A DNA stretch of 64,000 bases from Oceanicaulis sp. BBD 1991-10 (GCA_001657295.1 LYSW01000004.1:3414-67413); one strand, 5' to 3'; positions 43,118 through 53,091 are shown, counted from the first letter of the stretch. The notes: a model not told the origin generated them from the letters alone. Program-made: numbers and translations.

Positions 43118-44530
43118 TCAAACCGCCTGGGCGGCGCCCGATGCGCGTCTGTCCCATGGACGCGGCCTGAACCGCAGCGGCATTCCGCCCCGCGGACGCA
43201 AAGTGACCTGCATGACCGGCACGACGTCGCCGTGAGCCGGCTCGACCGTAAGGCGCGACAGGACGACGGACAGTATGATCGCCGCCTCCATCATGGAGAA
43301 TTGCGCGCCGATACAGGCCCTGGGTCCGCCGCCGAAGGCCATGGACATATAGCGGTCGGCCGGCCGGCGCGACGCGCTCCATCGGTCCGGATCAAAGGCG
43401 TTCGGATTGTCCCATAGCGTTTCGTGACGCTGCAGCGCATAAAAGGCCAGCAGCGCGACATCGCCCTTGCGAACCGGATGACCGCAGATCTCAGTGTCTT
43501 CGACCGCCCGCCGGCCCAGGATCGGCGCCGGCGGATAAAGCCGCAACGCTTCTTCAATGACCTGGCGCGTCAGCAACAGTCTGGACGCGTCCTCGGCGCT
43601 GGGAACGCCCTGACCGAATACGGCGTCCGCTTCGGCGCGCAAGGCCGCCTGAATATCCGGGTCATTGGCGACCAGATAGAACGCCCAGGTGAGCGCGATG
43701 GCCGTGGTTTCATGCCCTGCCGCCACGAATGTCATCAGCGTGTCGCGGATCTCCACATCCGACAGGCCTTGCCCGGTCTCTTCATCGCGCACCTTCAACA
43801 GCAGGCCCAGCAAATCGGCGCCCGGATCATCCAGCGCGCGGCGTCGCCTGATCTGACCGTCCGCCGCGGTCCGGAACACCTTGCGCGCGCGCAGCGCGCC
43901 AGGCGTCATCAGACGCGGCGCCCATTCGGGAAACGGCGCCAGATCGGAATAGCGCACCCGCCCGATCTCCTCGAGCAGCACTTCGATCGCCGCGCGGACC
44001 TCGCCGCGGTCAAAGCCTTCGACATCGGAGAAGAGCGCGCGCTCAATCACGGCGAAGGTGGTGTCGTTCATGACATGGTGGACGTCCACCGGCGCCGGCG
44101 TGTTCAGCGTCTCCACCGCCGCGTCCGCCGCGTCCGCCATGAGCGGCGCGAAGCGGTCCAGCCGGCGTTTCAGGAAGGCCGGCTGCAGCGTCATGCGCTG
44201 TCGCCGCCAGCTTTCACCGTGGGCGGTCAGAATGGCGTCACCCAGAATCGGGGTCAGCATGCGCATGATCAGCGGTGATTTCCGCCATGCGCTGAAATTG
44301 TCCTGCAAGATGGATTTCATTTCCGCCGGGCCGGAAACCTGATGAACCGAACGCCCCAGATAAGGGCCGGTCAATCGCGTCTGGCGAAACAGCGGCTCAG
44401 GCAGGATCGCCATGGGATTGTCCCGCATCAGCCTGGCCGTGGTCACCAGGCTGACCATTCGGGTCAGCGGCGGCGAGGATGCGGGGACGAAAAGCGTCTC
44501 CGCAGGACGGGCGAGCGATTGTGTCAACAT
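43118..44530 (-). CDS. cytochrome P450
   Basis: Heme-binding loop FGGGPRACIGAQF, I-helix AAGHETT and an ExxR motif. I prefer the ATG at 44530; the listed start at 44542 is a TTG. Confidence 0.88.
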   Translation of the reverse strand: MLTQSLARPAETLFVPASSPPLTRMVSLVTTARLMRDNPMAILPEPLFRQTRLTGPYLGRSVHQVSGPAEMKSILQDNFSAWRKSPLIMRMLTPILGDAILTAHGESWRRQRMTLQPAFLKRRLDRFAPLMADAADAAVETLNTPAPVDVHHVMNDTTFAVIERALFSDVEGFDRGEVRAAIEVLLEEIGRVRYSDLAPFPEWAPRLMTPGALRARKVFRTAADGQIRRRRALDDPGADLLGLLLKVRDEETGQGLSDVEIRDTLMTFVAAGHETTAIALTWAFYLVANDPDIQAALRAEADAVFGQGVPSAEDASRLLLTRQVIEEALRLYPPAPILGRRAVEDTEICGHPVRKGDVALLAFYALQRHETLWDNPNAFDPDRWSASRRPADRYMSMAFGGGPRACIGAQFSMMEAAIILSVVLSRLTVEPAHGDVVPVMQVTLRPRGGMPLRFRPRPWDRRASGAAQAV

Positions 44531-44668
44531 GACGGAAACCAAGCCTGAACTGATTCAGAGTTAAACCGAAGCGGGCGCCGCGCCAGCCGCTCACGCCGAT
44601 TGACGGCGCGCTTCCCTGCGATAGGCTTTCGCCGACTGTGATCGCGACTGCCGGGGGATATAAGGCGC

Positions 44669-45133
44669 GTGGCCAATGATTTGATGGGATATGACCAGCT
44701 GGCGCAGGAAGCGCTGCGTTCCGTCGTGCGCAAGTCGATCGAGCGCGCCGCCGGACCGGAAGGCCTTCCCGGCGCCCACCATTTCTACATCATGTTTCGC
44801 ACGACCGATCCTGCGTGCGATATCGATGACGCGCTCAAGGAATCCTATCCAGAAGAAATGACCATCGTCCTGGAGCATCAATTCTGGGACTTGTCGACCA
44901 GCGATGAGGGCTTTGAAGTCACGCTGAAATTCGGCGGCGTGCCGAAATATCTGTTCGTGCCCTGGCGCGCCGTGACCCGGTTTCATGATCCCAGCGTCGA
45001 TTTCCGGCTGCACTTCACCTACGCGCCGCCCGAACCCGATGGCGAGGACGCGTCCTCAGACGGCGCCGTCACGCCGGCGCCCGACGGCGACGCCACGGTT
45101 GTCAGCCTTGAAGCCTTCCGCAAGAAGGACTGA
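44669..45133 (+). CDS. sspB: ClpXP adaptor SspB (alphaproteobacterial SspB-alpha type)
   Basis: DLMGYDQLAQEALRSVV...HHFYIMF...MTIVLEHQFWDL...FHDPSVDF core, an acidic linker, and a C-terminal VVSLEAFRKKD ClpX-binding-like tail. GTG start at 44669, with an alternative ATG at 44684. Confidence 0.8.
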   Translation: MANDLMGYDQLAQEALRSVVRKSIERAAGPEGLPGAHHFYIMFRTTDPACDIDDALKESYPEEMTIVLEHQFWDLSTSDEGFEVTLKFGGVPKYLFVPWRAVTRFHDPSVDFRLHFTYAPPEPDGEDASSDGAVTPAPDGDATVVSLEAFRKKD

Positions 45134-45144
45134 GCAGGCTGCCG

Positions 45145-45600
45145 ATGACGCGCGAAGACCTGCTCGCCGCCATGTCCAATCCGGACTTTGTGCCGGCCTG
45201 CACCAAACATCTGGGATTTGAGCTGATCGACGCCGATCCGGACACCGGGCGGGTTGAAGCCTGGTTCACGGCGAAGCCTGAATTCCTCAACCCCAACGGC
45301 TCGGTGCAGGGCGGCATCGTGACCGCCTTTCTGGATGAAGCCATGAGTTTTTCCGTCTTCATCGCCACGGGCCTGAAGGCGGCCGTTCCGACGCTGGAGA
45401 TGAAGACCAGCTTTTTGCGCCCGTTGATGACGGGCCGCGCGCGCTGCATCGGAGCGACGGTGCGCTTGGGCAAGACGGTGGGCTTTACTGAAGGCCAGCT
45501 GTTCAATGAAGACGGCGTGTTATGCGCCACCGCCAGCGCGACCGCCGCGATACGCGCGCTGGAGGAAGGGGCCCCGCTCGCCGCCAGCGATGCCGGGTAA
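45145..45600 (+). CDS. PaaI-family hotdog-fold thioesterase
   Basis: 151 aa with NPNGSVQGGIVTAFLDEAM, typical of PaaI/YbgC-like thioesterases. Confidence 0.75.
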   Translation: MTREDLLAAMSNPDFVPACTKHLGFELIDADPDTGRVEAWFTAKPEFLNPNGSVQGGIVTAFLDEAMSFSVFIATGLKAAVPTLEMKTSFLRPLMTGRARCIGATVRLGKTVGFTEGQLFNEDGVLCATASATAAIRALEEGAPLAASDAG

Positions 45601-46792
45601 GGCGCACAGCCTCTTTCTCATCGCCCTTTGCCAGGTGCTGGCCTTATCGGTCTGGTTCGCCGGCGCCGCAGCGCTGCCAGCGCTCAATTCTGTCGCCGAG
45701 CTATCTTCGATGCGCGCCGCCGCGCTGTCCAGCGCCGTGCAGGTCGGCTTCGTGACCGGAGCGCTCGTCAGCGCGGCGCTGAATCTGCCCGACCGTTTCG
45801 ACGCCCGGGCGGTGTTCGCCGCCGGGGCGATCGCCGCAGGCTTTTCCAGCCTGGCCGCCGTCGCGGTCGAGCCGGGCGCCTGGAGCATGATCGCCCTGAG
45901 AGGAGCGTCCGGCGCGGCGCTGGCTCTGGTCTACCCGGTCGGCATGAAGCTTTGCGCCAGCTGGGCCAAGGGCGATGCGGGTCTTCTGGTCGGCCTTTTG
46001 GTCGGCGCGCTGACGCTGGGCTCCGCTCTTCCCCATCTCGCCTCCCCCCTTCTGGCGGGCGCTGATTGGCGCGCGCCCTTTATCGGCTCCGGCCTCGCCG
46101 CTCTGCTTGCCGCCGGTCTGATCGGGCGGTCAATGATCGGACCGGCCTTCGCCCGCGCCGCCCGCTTCAGACCCGGCGCGGCCTTTGCAGCGCTGAAGCG
46201 GCGGGAATTGCGCGCGGTCAATCTGGGCTATCTCGGCCATATGTGGGAGCTCTACGCATTCTGGGCCTGGGTCGGCGTCTTCATCGCCGCCTGGCGCAGC
46301 GCCCGAGAATTGCCGCCCGACGGCGCGGCCGCGCTGTTCACCTTCGCCATCATCGCGGTCGGCGCGGTGGGGGCGCTGGGCGCAGGATGGATTGCGGACC
46401 GGGTCGGCCGATCCAAAACCGCCGGCATCGCGCTCGCCGTCGGCGGAATGTGCGCGGTGACCTCCCCGCTGGCCTGGTCCGGCCCAGGCTGGCTTCTGGG
46501 CGTCCTTCTTTTGATTTACGGCGTTGCGGTGATCGCCGATTCCGCCCAGTTCTCCGCCGCCGTCGCCGAGCTAGCGCCGAAGGATCTGGCCGGCAGCCTC
46601 CTGACCCTGCAGACCGCGCTGGGTTTCGCGCTCACCGCGGTCAGCGTTCAGCTCCTGCCGATCTGGGCCGACGCGATCGGTTGGCGCTACGCCTTTCTGC
46701 CGCTGGCGATCGGTCCGGTGGTCGGCGTTTGGGCGATGATTCAGCTTTCGCGCATGCCTGAAGTGACAAAGCTGGCCGGCGGGCGGGGATAG
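45590..46792 (+). CDS. MFS transporter
   Basis: About 12 TM segments. I chose the internal ATG at 45590, which overlaps the thioesterase 3' end by 11 nt. Confidence 0.75.
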   Translation: MPGKAHSLFLIALCQVLALSVWFAGAAALPALNSVAELSSMRAAALSSAVQVGFVTGALVSAALNLPDRFDARAVFAAGAIAAGFSSLAAVAVEPGAWSMIALRGASGAALALVYPVGMKLCASWAKGDAGLLVGLLVGALTLGSALPHLASPLLAGADWRAPFIGSGLAALLAAGLIGRSMIGPAFARAARFRPGAAFAALKRRELRAVNLGYLGHMWELYAFWAWVGVFIAAWRSARELPPDGAAALFTFAIIAVGAVGALGAGWIADRVGRSKTAGIALAVGGMCAVTSPLAWSGPGWLLGVLLLIYGVAVIADSAQFSAAVAELAPKDLAGSLLTLQTALGFALTAVSVQLLPIWADAIGWRYAFLPLAIGPVVGVWAMIQLSRMPEVTKLAGGRG

Positions 46793-46924
46793 CCTGCACA
46801 GCCATCCCGCAGCTCGTCGCGGAAAGGGCTTATGCTGCGGCCTTACGGACCGGCCAGCCTGGGCGGCCCGGAATATCCGGGCCATGACATATAATGACAG
46901 TGCGGCCGTTGATTGGCGGTGCGT

Positions 46925-47350
46925 CTAAGCGGCCAGCGGCCTTGCGCGCACCTTCACCCGCGCGCGCTCGCCGAGCACTTTTTCCACGTGCAGGCGCTGG
47001 ACCTGGCTGTCGTCGTGAAAGACCACGCCGGTCAGAGCATCCAGGATCGCCTTGGCGACATTGTCGACATCATGGACCGGGCTGTTTTCCGTGCGCTCGA
47101 TTTCGATCACGACTTCATAGGGCCCGTATTTTGGGCGAACCCGCTTGAACTCGGTGCGAAAAAAGGAACCGACCAGGGATTTGAAGCGCCGGGTCTGGCT
47201 GGTCAGCGCGTCCACGCGCACATGCAGCGATCCATTCATGTCAGCGGCTTGCACCTTGCCTCTCCCGATCCAGTCCACACCATTCCAATTCACGCCGGGC
47301 CAGTCTTGAGCGCCATTGGCGGCCGGATTGTGACGATCATCTTGATCCAT
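46925..47350 (-). CDS. RusA-family crossover junction endodeoxyribonuclease (orphan)
   Basis: HDVDNVAKAILDALTGVVFHDDSQV matches the RusA D-x-D-N...K...DAL...DD-x-Q-V catalytic motif. The N-terminal region is atypical and the start is uncertain. Confidence 0.6.
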   Translation of the reverse strand: MDQDDRHNPAANGAQDWPGVNWNGVDWIGRGKVQAADMNGSLHVRVDALTSQTRRFKSLVGSFFRTEFKRVRPKYGPYEVVIEIERTENSPVHDVDNVAKAILDALTGVVFHDDSQVQRLHVEKVLGERARVKVRARPLAA

Positions 47351-47458
47351 GGCGGCCCGGTGCTACACACCCGATTCGTTATGCCCTGATTGTCCGCGTG
47401 CGACGCGTCATCGACAAGCGCGCGCGACGCCAGACCTGTTCATAAGCTGGAGACCTCC

Positions 47459-48850
47459 ATGACCGAGATGCGTGTTGAAACCGATTCCTTTGGCCCGCTG
47501 GAGGTTCCCGCCGACAAGCTGTGGGGCGCCCAGACCGCCCGCTCGCTGATGAATTTCAAGATCGGCGGTCAAACCCAGCCTCTGCCGCTGATCCGCGCGC
47601 TCGGCGTGGTCAAGCATTGCGCGGCCAAGGCCAATATGGCGCTGGACAATATCGAACCTGAGCTGGGCGAGGCGATCGCCGCCGCCGCTCTGGAAGTCGC
47701 GGAAGGCAAGCTTAATGATCACTTCCCGCTGGTGGTCTGGCAGACCGGGTCGGGCACCCAGTCGAACATGAATTCAAACGAGGTGGTCTCCAATCGCGCC
47801 ATCCAGTTTTTAGGCGGCGAGGTCGGCTCCAAGGACCCGGTCCATCCCAATGACCATGTGAACCGGTCCCAATCCTCCAACGATGTCTTCCCGACCGCCA
47901 TGCATATCGCGGCGGCGGAGGTCTTCACCCATGACGTCATCCCGGCGCTGACCACGCTGCGCAATGCGCTCAATGACAAGGCCGAGGCCTTCAAAGACAT
48001 CATCAAGATCGGCCGCACGCACCTGATGGACGCAACGCCGCTGACCCTGGGTCAGGAGTTTTCCGCTTATGTGCATATGGTCGACAACGCCATCCGCCGC
48101 ATCGAAGCCGCCCTGCCGGCGCTTTTAGAGCTGGCCCAGGGCGGAACAGCGGTCGGCACCGGCCTGAACGCCAAGATCGGTTTTGCGGAGCGCTTCGCTG
48201 AAGAAGTCGCAAGCCTGACCAGGCTCTCCTTCGTGACGGCGCCGAACAAGTTCGAGGCCCTGTCCACCAAGGACGCCATGGTGGAGGCCCACGGCGCGCT
48301 CAATTCCGCCGCCGTCTCGCTGTTTAAGATCGCCAACGATATCCGCCTGCTCGGCTCTGGGCCGCGCTGCGGCATCGGCGAGATCGCGCTGCCCGCCAAC
48401 GAGCCGGGCTCGTCCATCATGCCGGGCAAGGTGAACCCGACCCAGTGTGAAGCGCTGACCATGGTCTGCGCCCAGGTGATGGGCAACAATGCCGGCGTCA
48501 GCTTCGCGGGCAGCCAGGGCCATTTCCAGCTCAACGTCTTCAAACCGATGATCAGCTGGAATGTGCTGACCAGCGCCAAGCTGATTTCCGACGCCGCGGT
48601 GAGCTTCACCAAGAATTGCGTGGTCGGCATCGAAGCCAATGAGGACCGCATCGCTGACATCATGGAGCGCTCGCTCATGCTGGTCACCGCGCTGGCGCCG
48701 ACCATCGGCTATGACAACGCCACCACGGTCGCCAAGACCGCTCACAAGAACGGCACGACGCTGCGCGAAGAAGCGATCAAGCTGGGCTTCGTCACCGAAG
48801 AGGAATTCGACCGCGTCGTGCGTCCGGAGCATATGGTGGGACCCAAATAG
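47459..48850 (+). CDS. fumC: class II fumarate hydratase
   Basis: [16 protein letters not shown] signature. The ATG at 47459 is preceded by GGAG. Confidence 0.93.
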   Translation: MTEMRVETDSFGPLEVPADKLWGAQTARSLMNFKIGGQTQPLPLIRALGVVKHCAAKANMALDNIEPELGEAIAAAALEVAEGKLNDHFPLVVWQTGSGTQSNMNSNEVVSNRAIQFLGGEVGSKDPVHPNDHVNRSQSSNDVFPTAMHIAAAEVFTHDVIPALTTLRNALNDKAEAFKDIIKIGRTHLMDATPLTLGQEFSAYVHMVDNAIRRIEAALPALLELAQGGTAVGTGLNAKIGFAERFAEEVASLTRLSFVTAPNKFEALSTKDAMVEAHGALNSAAVSLFKIANDIRLLGSGPRCGIGEIALPANEPGSSIMPGKVNPTQCEALTMVCAQVMGNNAGVSFAGSQGHFQLNVFKPMISWNVLTSAKLISDAAVSFTKNCVVGIEANEDRIADIMERSLMLVTALAPTIGYDNATTVAKTAHKNGTTLREEAIKLGFVTEEEFDRVVRPEHMVGPK

Positions 48851-48877
48851 GCGCTCCGTCGCCGCCAACTTTTCGTC

Positions 48878-48952
48878 GCCCCCGCGAAGCCGGGGGCCAA
48901 GGCTCATAGAACTACGCGCTTCAGGTCCGCTGGGTCCCCGCCTTTGCGGGGA
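48878..48952. repeat. REP-like GC-rich hairpin pair
   Basis: GCCCCCG-CGAAGC-CGGGGGC (48878-48897) and TCCCCGC-CTTT-GCGGGGA (48935-48952). The second resembles the palindromic units widely repeated in alphaproteobacterial intergenic regions. Only one copy is in this window. Confidence 0.4.
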
Positions 48953-48973
48953 TGACGACCAAGCCGAACAAAA

Positions 48974-48998
48974 AACGGCGGCCCGGCGGGCCGCCGTT
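48974..48998 (-). terminator. intrinsic terminator (strong for the TonB receptor gene, weaker in the fumC direction)
   Basis: 11-bp stem AACGGCGGCCC/GGGCCGCCGTT with a 3-nt loop. T6 follows on the minus strand and TTT on the plus strand. Confidence 0.7.
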
Positions 48999-49022
48999 TC
49001 TCGATCCAGCATTAGCCCGCGC

Positions 49023-51140
49023 TTAGAAGCGATGGCTCACCGTGAAGCGCGCGTTGAGCGGCTTACCGGTGGAGATGTTGTCATTGGAGTGCGCGTCCGG
49101 GAAGTATTCTTCATCGAGCAGGTTCTCGATATTGAGCTGCACCCGGGTCTGATCGGAGAGATCGTAATAGAGCGCCGCGTCCACGCGGGTGAAGTCCGGG
49201 ACCAGCACCGCGTTGTCTTCGCGGACGAAATAATCGCCCTGATAGGTCACGCCCAGCGCCAGGGAGAGCGCGTCGGTCGCCTGGAACTGATTCCAGATCG
49301 AAAACATGTGCTCCGGCGTCTGGGTCGTGCGGTTTCCATCAAAGCCGCCGCCGTCCACCGTGCTGTCGAGATAGCTATAGCCCGTGTTCACCGACCACTG
49401 CTCGGTCAGATATCCCGTCAGCTGGACCTCAAATCCTTCGGTCACGCTGCCCGGGATGGTGATGATCTGGGCCATGTTGTTGGGGTCCACCGTGGTGAAC
49501 AGGCCGCGCTCGATCTGGAAGATCGCACTGGTCAGGCTGAGCGTGTCCGTCACGTCCCACTTAAAGCCCACTTCCGTGTTCTCGAAGCGTTGCGGCTGGA
49601 TCGCTTCCGTGGTCAGCGACAGCGTCAGGAACTGGTCCCCGGCGCTAGGCAGGAAGGTCTCTGAATAGCTGGCGTAGAAAGACATATTCTCCGCCGGTTT
49701 GTAGATCAGGCCGACGCGAGGCGAGACCTCTTCATCAACCCGGGCCCGGCGGCCGTCATCGGTCGCGGACTGCGCGGCGATCAGGTCCAGCACCTCGATG
49801 TCGAAGCGGTCAAAGCGCGCCCCGAGCACGATTTTGAGCTGGTCGGTGACGTCGATCTGGTTTTGCAGCGTCAGCGAGGTGAACTGCACCTCGGATTCCC
49901 GATCGGTCAGCGCAGGACCGAAGCTGAAGGCGGGAACCTGGACCGGATCGGTGAAATCGATGGTGATCTGGTCGTCATTGCTGGCGGCGAAGCGATTGTC
50001 CAGACGGCCGTTGGCCGTGGATTGGTCGCCATATTCAAGGCCCACCAACACGGTGTGGGTGAAGGGCCCGGTTTCAAACTCGCCGACCAGATTGCCCTGG
50101 ATGATGAAGTTCTCACGTTCGGTCGCGTCGCGATAACCGTCCAGCGTCAGACGCTGAGGGCTGGAGACGGCGTCGAAGCCGGCCGCATAGATGTTCTGAT
50201 AGGCTTTGTCATAGTCCGCATAATGGGCGATCACATAGCCGCGCAGCGTGTCGGAGAAATCGTGATCGATCCGCGCCGCCAGAATATGCGCTTCCAGCTG
50301 GGTGGAGTTTGACCGGTCGCCGAAGAATGTGTCGCGGAAGCCGGTGAGCGGCGTGTCCGGGCCGTTGGCCACGGACACCGACGGCACGCCGCGATCCACC
50401 ACGCGATCGTCATTGACGTATTCGTAGAAAAACTCCGCGGTTGTCGCCGCGCCCAGATCAACCGCCAGGGTCGGGTTGATGGCGTAGCGCGAGCCGTCGA
50501 AAACATCGCGGTGGCTGGCGAGCTCTTCGCTATAGGCGTTCAGGCGGAACGCCGCGTTCTCGCCCAGCTCGACATTCGTGTCCGCGCTGAGCTGATAGGC
50601 GCCGAACGTGTCGGCGCTGGCGCGCAGGCCCGTGAAGCGTTCGCCGATCTCCGGCGATTTGGTGACGCGGTTGACCACGCCGCCGCCGCCGCCGCGCCCG
50701 AACAGCAGCGCATTGGCGCCGCGCAGGATTTCGACCTGCTCGAGATTATAGAGCGGGCGATAGTATTGAACGTCGTCGCGCACGCCGTTGAGGAAGAAGT
50801 CCGCCGTGGTCTGGTTGCCGCGGATGATGATGGCGTCGCGATGACCTTCGCCCTGGCTGACCGCCAGGCCCGGCGTGTAGCGCAATATGTCGGCCAGACT
50901 TGAGAAGGCCTGGTTTTCGATCTGGATGTCGGAGACGATGGACAGGCTTTGCGGCACGTCGACGATCGGCGTCGGCGTTTTAAGCGCGTTGACCTGATCC
51001 AGCGAGAGATAGCGTCCGGTGACCGTGATGACATCGTCTATCGCCGTGTCGACGGCGGCGTCGGTCCCCGCCGCGGCGAGGGGCGCCCCGATTGCGGTCA
51101 GGGCGCTGGAGACAAGAAGGGCGGAAAGAACACGGCGCAT
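49023..51140 (-). CDS. TonB-dependent outer-membrane receptor (siderophore type)
   Basis: Signal peptide MRRVLSALLVSSALTAIGAPLAAA, a plug domain, and a barrel ending ...FTVSHRF. The ATG at 51140 is preceded by AAGGA, so I prefer it over the ATG at 51161. Confidence 0.88.
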   Translation of the reverse strand: MRRVLSALLVSSALTAIGAPLAAAGTDAAVDTAIDDVITVTGRYLSLDQVNALKTPTPIVDVPQSLSIVSDIQIENQAFSSLADILRYTPGLAVSQGEGHRDAIIIRGNQTTADFFLNGVRDDVQYYRPLYNLEQVEILRGANALLFGRGGGGGVVNRVTKSPEIGERFTGLRASADTFGAYQLSADTNVELGENAAFRLNAYSEELASHRDVFDGSRYAINPTLAVDLGAATTAEFFYEYVNDDRVVDRGVPSVSVANGPDTPLTGFRDTFFGDRSNSTQLEAHILAARIDHDFSDTLRGYVIAHYADYDKAYQNIYAAGFDAVSSPQRLTLDGYRDATERENFIIQGNLVGEFETGPFTHTVLVGLEYGDQSTANGRLDNRFAASNDDQITIDFTDPVQVPAFSFGPALTDRESEVQFTSLTLQNQIDVTDQLKIVLGARFDRFDIEVLDLIAAQSATDDGRRARVDEEVSPRVGLIYKPAENMSFYASYSETFLPSAGDQFLTLSLTTEAIQPQRFENTEVGFKWDVTDTLSLTSAIFQIERGLFTTVDPNNMAQIITIPGSVTEGFEVQLTGYLTEQWSVNTGYSYLDSTVDGGGFDGNRTTQTPEHMFSIWNQFQATDALSLALGVTYQGDYFVREDNAVLVPDFTRVDAALYYDLSDQTRVQLNIENLLDEEYFPDAHSNDNISTGKPLNARFTVSHRF

Positions 51141-51185
51141 GGAGAAGTCCTTGAAAGGCATGAGTCACCGGCGGGTATACGCCCA

Positions 51186-51200
51186 TGCAAATCATTTTCA
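51186..51200 (-). promoter_or_regulatory. Fur-box-like operator upstream of the TonB-dependent receptor
   Basis: Read on the minus strand, TGAAAATGATTTGCA matches 12 of 15 positions of TGATAATGATTATCA. It overlaps a plausible TTGAAA-N16-TATACC promoter. Confidence 0.5.
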
Positions 51201-51480
51201 ATTGCGCCAAAGGTATAATTCGCAGTTCTGCGTCATTGCGCCGCGAGGGCGGAATGGCGGGAAGCCGGGCCGGATCCGCGCCAGGCGACGCGCAATGCCC
51301 GGTCCTGCGCGGAATGCCCGCGTCTGATGACCGAGACCAGACCGGTGTTTCCCGCCTCTGGCTCGGTCAGCAGGGACAGATCAAAGCCTGCTTGGCCGGA
51401 ATTTGAACCTGGGCGGGCGCGCCCGCTCGCCGCTGAAACGGCGCCGGACCGGACATTGCCGAACCAGATGTGAGGCGCCC

Positions 51481-52134
51481 CTACCCGCATGCCTCCGGCG
51501 CATCCTCGACATCGCACACCGCTGCGCCGGTCCATTCCGCGAGCTGGCGGGCGGCGCCGGCGCTGGCGCGGCTGAAGGCGGCGACGATCTCGCCCTGGCG
51601 GTTGGCGCCGGCGCGCGCGTCGACGGCGATCGAGCGCGCCTCTACCAGCGCGCGGGTATCCCGATCGATCAGCCGGGCGCGATAACCCACGCGGGCGAGC
51701 GGGGCGGCGCCCTCCCCGCTGTCATAGACCGCCTCGAAATGGCGCAGCTGCAGATCCAGTTCGAAGCGCGCGGTCACTCCATCCGTCGCTTCAGCGGCGG
51801 CGACGACCGGCGCGGACGCGTGAAAGGCGTCGATGATGGCCGAGTGAAGCAAGTCCGGCGCAGGCGACAGCCAGGCGGCGCCGGCCATATAGGCGATCCG
51901 ATCGCCGCGCTGGATGGCGATGCGGTCGCCGGCCAGCCCGCGCGGCGCGCTCATGCGTGCGACGATCACCGTGGCCGCGCCGTCCGCAGGCCCCGCGCCG
52001 CCCAGATCCGGGGTCGCCAGGCGGTAGAGCGTGTCCGGCTCCGCCTCCGGCAGCACGGAGATGCAGCCGGGCGCGGCGAGGAGCGAAATCAAAGCCATGC
52101 CGGCGGCGAGGCGGCGATCAAAACGGATCCTCAT
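51481..52134 (-). CDS. ABC-transport auxiliary lipoprotein (DUF330/PqiC-like)
   Basis: Lipobox LLAAPGC. It is the last gene of the Mla/Mce-like operon and overlaps the MCE gene stop. Confidence 0.7.
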   Translation of the reverse strand: MRIRFDRRLAAGMALISLLAAPGCISVLPEAEPDTLYRLATPDLGGAGPADGAATVIVARMSAPRGLAGDRIAIQRGDRIAYMAGAAWLSPAPDLLHSAIIDAFHASAPVVAAAEATDGVTARFELDLQLRHFEAVYDSGEGAAPLARVGYRARLIDRDTRALVEARSIAVDARAGANRQGEIVAAFSRASAGAARQLAEWTGAAVCDVEDAPEACG

Positions 52135-53087
52135 TGTGGCACCTCAACTTCCTCACCGGCGGGCTGGCTGATGAAGCCGGCCGGATCCTGTTCCAGTTCC
52201 AGCGCAATCCGTTCAAGCGCCGCGATCAGCGAGCGCAGATCGCGGGACGCGGCGGAGAGCTGGCCGAGACCATCGTCCGCGAACGCCTCCAGCCCCGGAC
52301 GAAGCGTGACGAGCGCGTCATAGGTTTCTTGAGAGGCCAGGTCGACGGCGACGGAGGCCGCCGAGACATCCGCCACCATGGGCCCGACCTCATCCGTCAG
52401 AAACAGCTCGGCGTTGCGGCCGAACTGTTCAATGCCGGCGGCGGCCGCGGAGATGTCCTGGCCCGCCTGATTCAAACTGGCGATGGCGGCGCGCAAATCG
52501 GTGATCAGCTCATCCTGCTCGGCCAGCGAGCCGGTGAGCGCCTCGATATTGTTGAGCGTATTGGTGAGGCTCTCCAGGTTTTCATCGCTTAACAGGAGCG
52601 CCGCGCGGGCGAACGCCAGCTGCGCGCTTTCCAGCGCGGTTTCACCGCCGGCGAGCAATTGCTCGATCTCCGGCGTCTCGGCGAAGATGCGCGGCGCGCG
52701 GTCCCCGGGGCGGCTTTCCAGCAGCGCCGCCTCCGGGGATCCCGATGAGAGCTGGATATAGGACAATCCGGTCAGGCCCTGCGGCTCGAGCTGTGCGACG
52801 CTGTCGACTTTCACCGGGGTGGCCGCGTCCACGCGGACCCGTGCGATCACTTCGCCGGGATTGTCCGGGTTGAGCCCCAAATCGGTGACTTCGCCGACCT
52901 GAATGCCGTTGAATCGCACTTCCGACGCGACGCGCAATCCGCGCACCGGCCCGTCGAAGACGACGTCGTATTCCTCAAACTCCTGGTCGATGCTCACATT
53001 GGCCAGCCAGAGCAGAAAGACTGATCCGGCCGCCAAGAGGAAGACGACGAAAAAACCGACCAGAGCGTGATGGGCCTTGGTCTCCAT
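52131..53087 (-). CDS. MlaD/MCE-domain substrate-binding protein
   Basis: N-terminal TM anchor and an MCE core (VRGLRVASEVRFNGIQVGEVTDL), then a coiled-coil tail. Confidence 0.8.
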   Translation of the reverse strand: METKAHHALVGFFVVFLLAAGSVFLLWLANVSIDQEFEEYDVVFDGPVRGLRVASEVRFNGIQVGEVTDLGLNPDNPGEVIARVRVDAATPVKVDSVAQLEPQGLTGLSYIQLSSGSPEAALLESRPGDRAPRIFAETPEIEQLLAGGETALESAQLAFARAALLLSDENLESLTNTLNNIEALTGSLAEQDELITDLRAAIASLNQAGQDISAAAAGIEQFGRNAELFLTDEVGPMVADVSAASVAVDLASQETYDALVTLRPGLEAFADDGLGQLSAASRDLRSLIAALERIALELEQDPAGFISQPAGEEVEVPQ

Positions 53088-53091
53088 GGGC

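Noticed and set aside
46913-47389. 158-aa plus-strand ORF overlapping the RusA gene
   Set aside because: No motif was recognised, whereas the minus-strand frame contains the diagnostic RusA catalytic motif.
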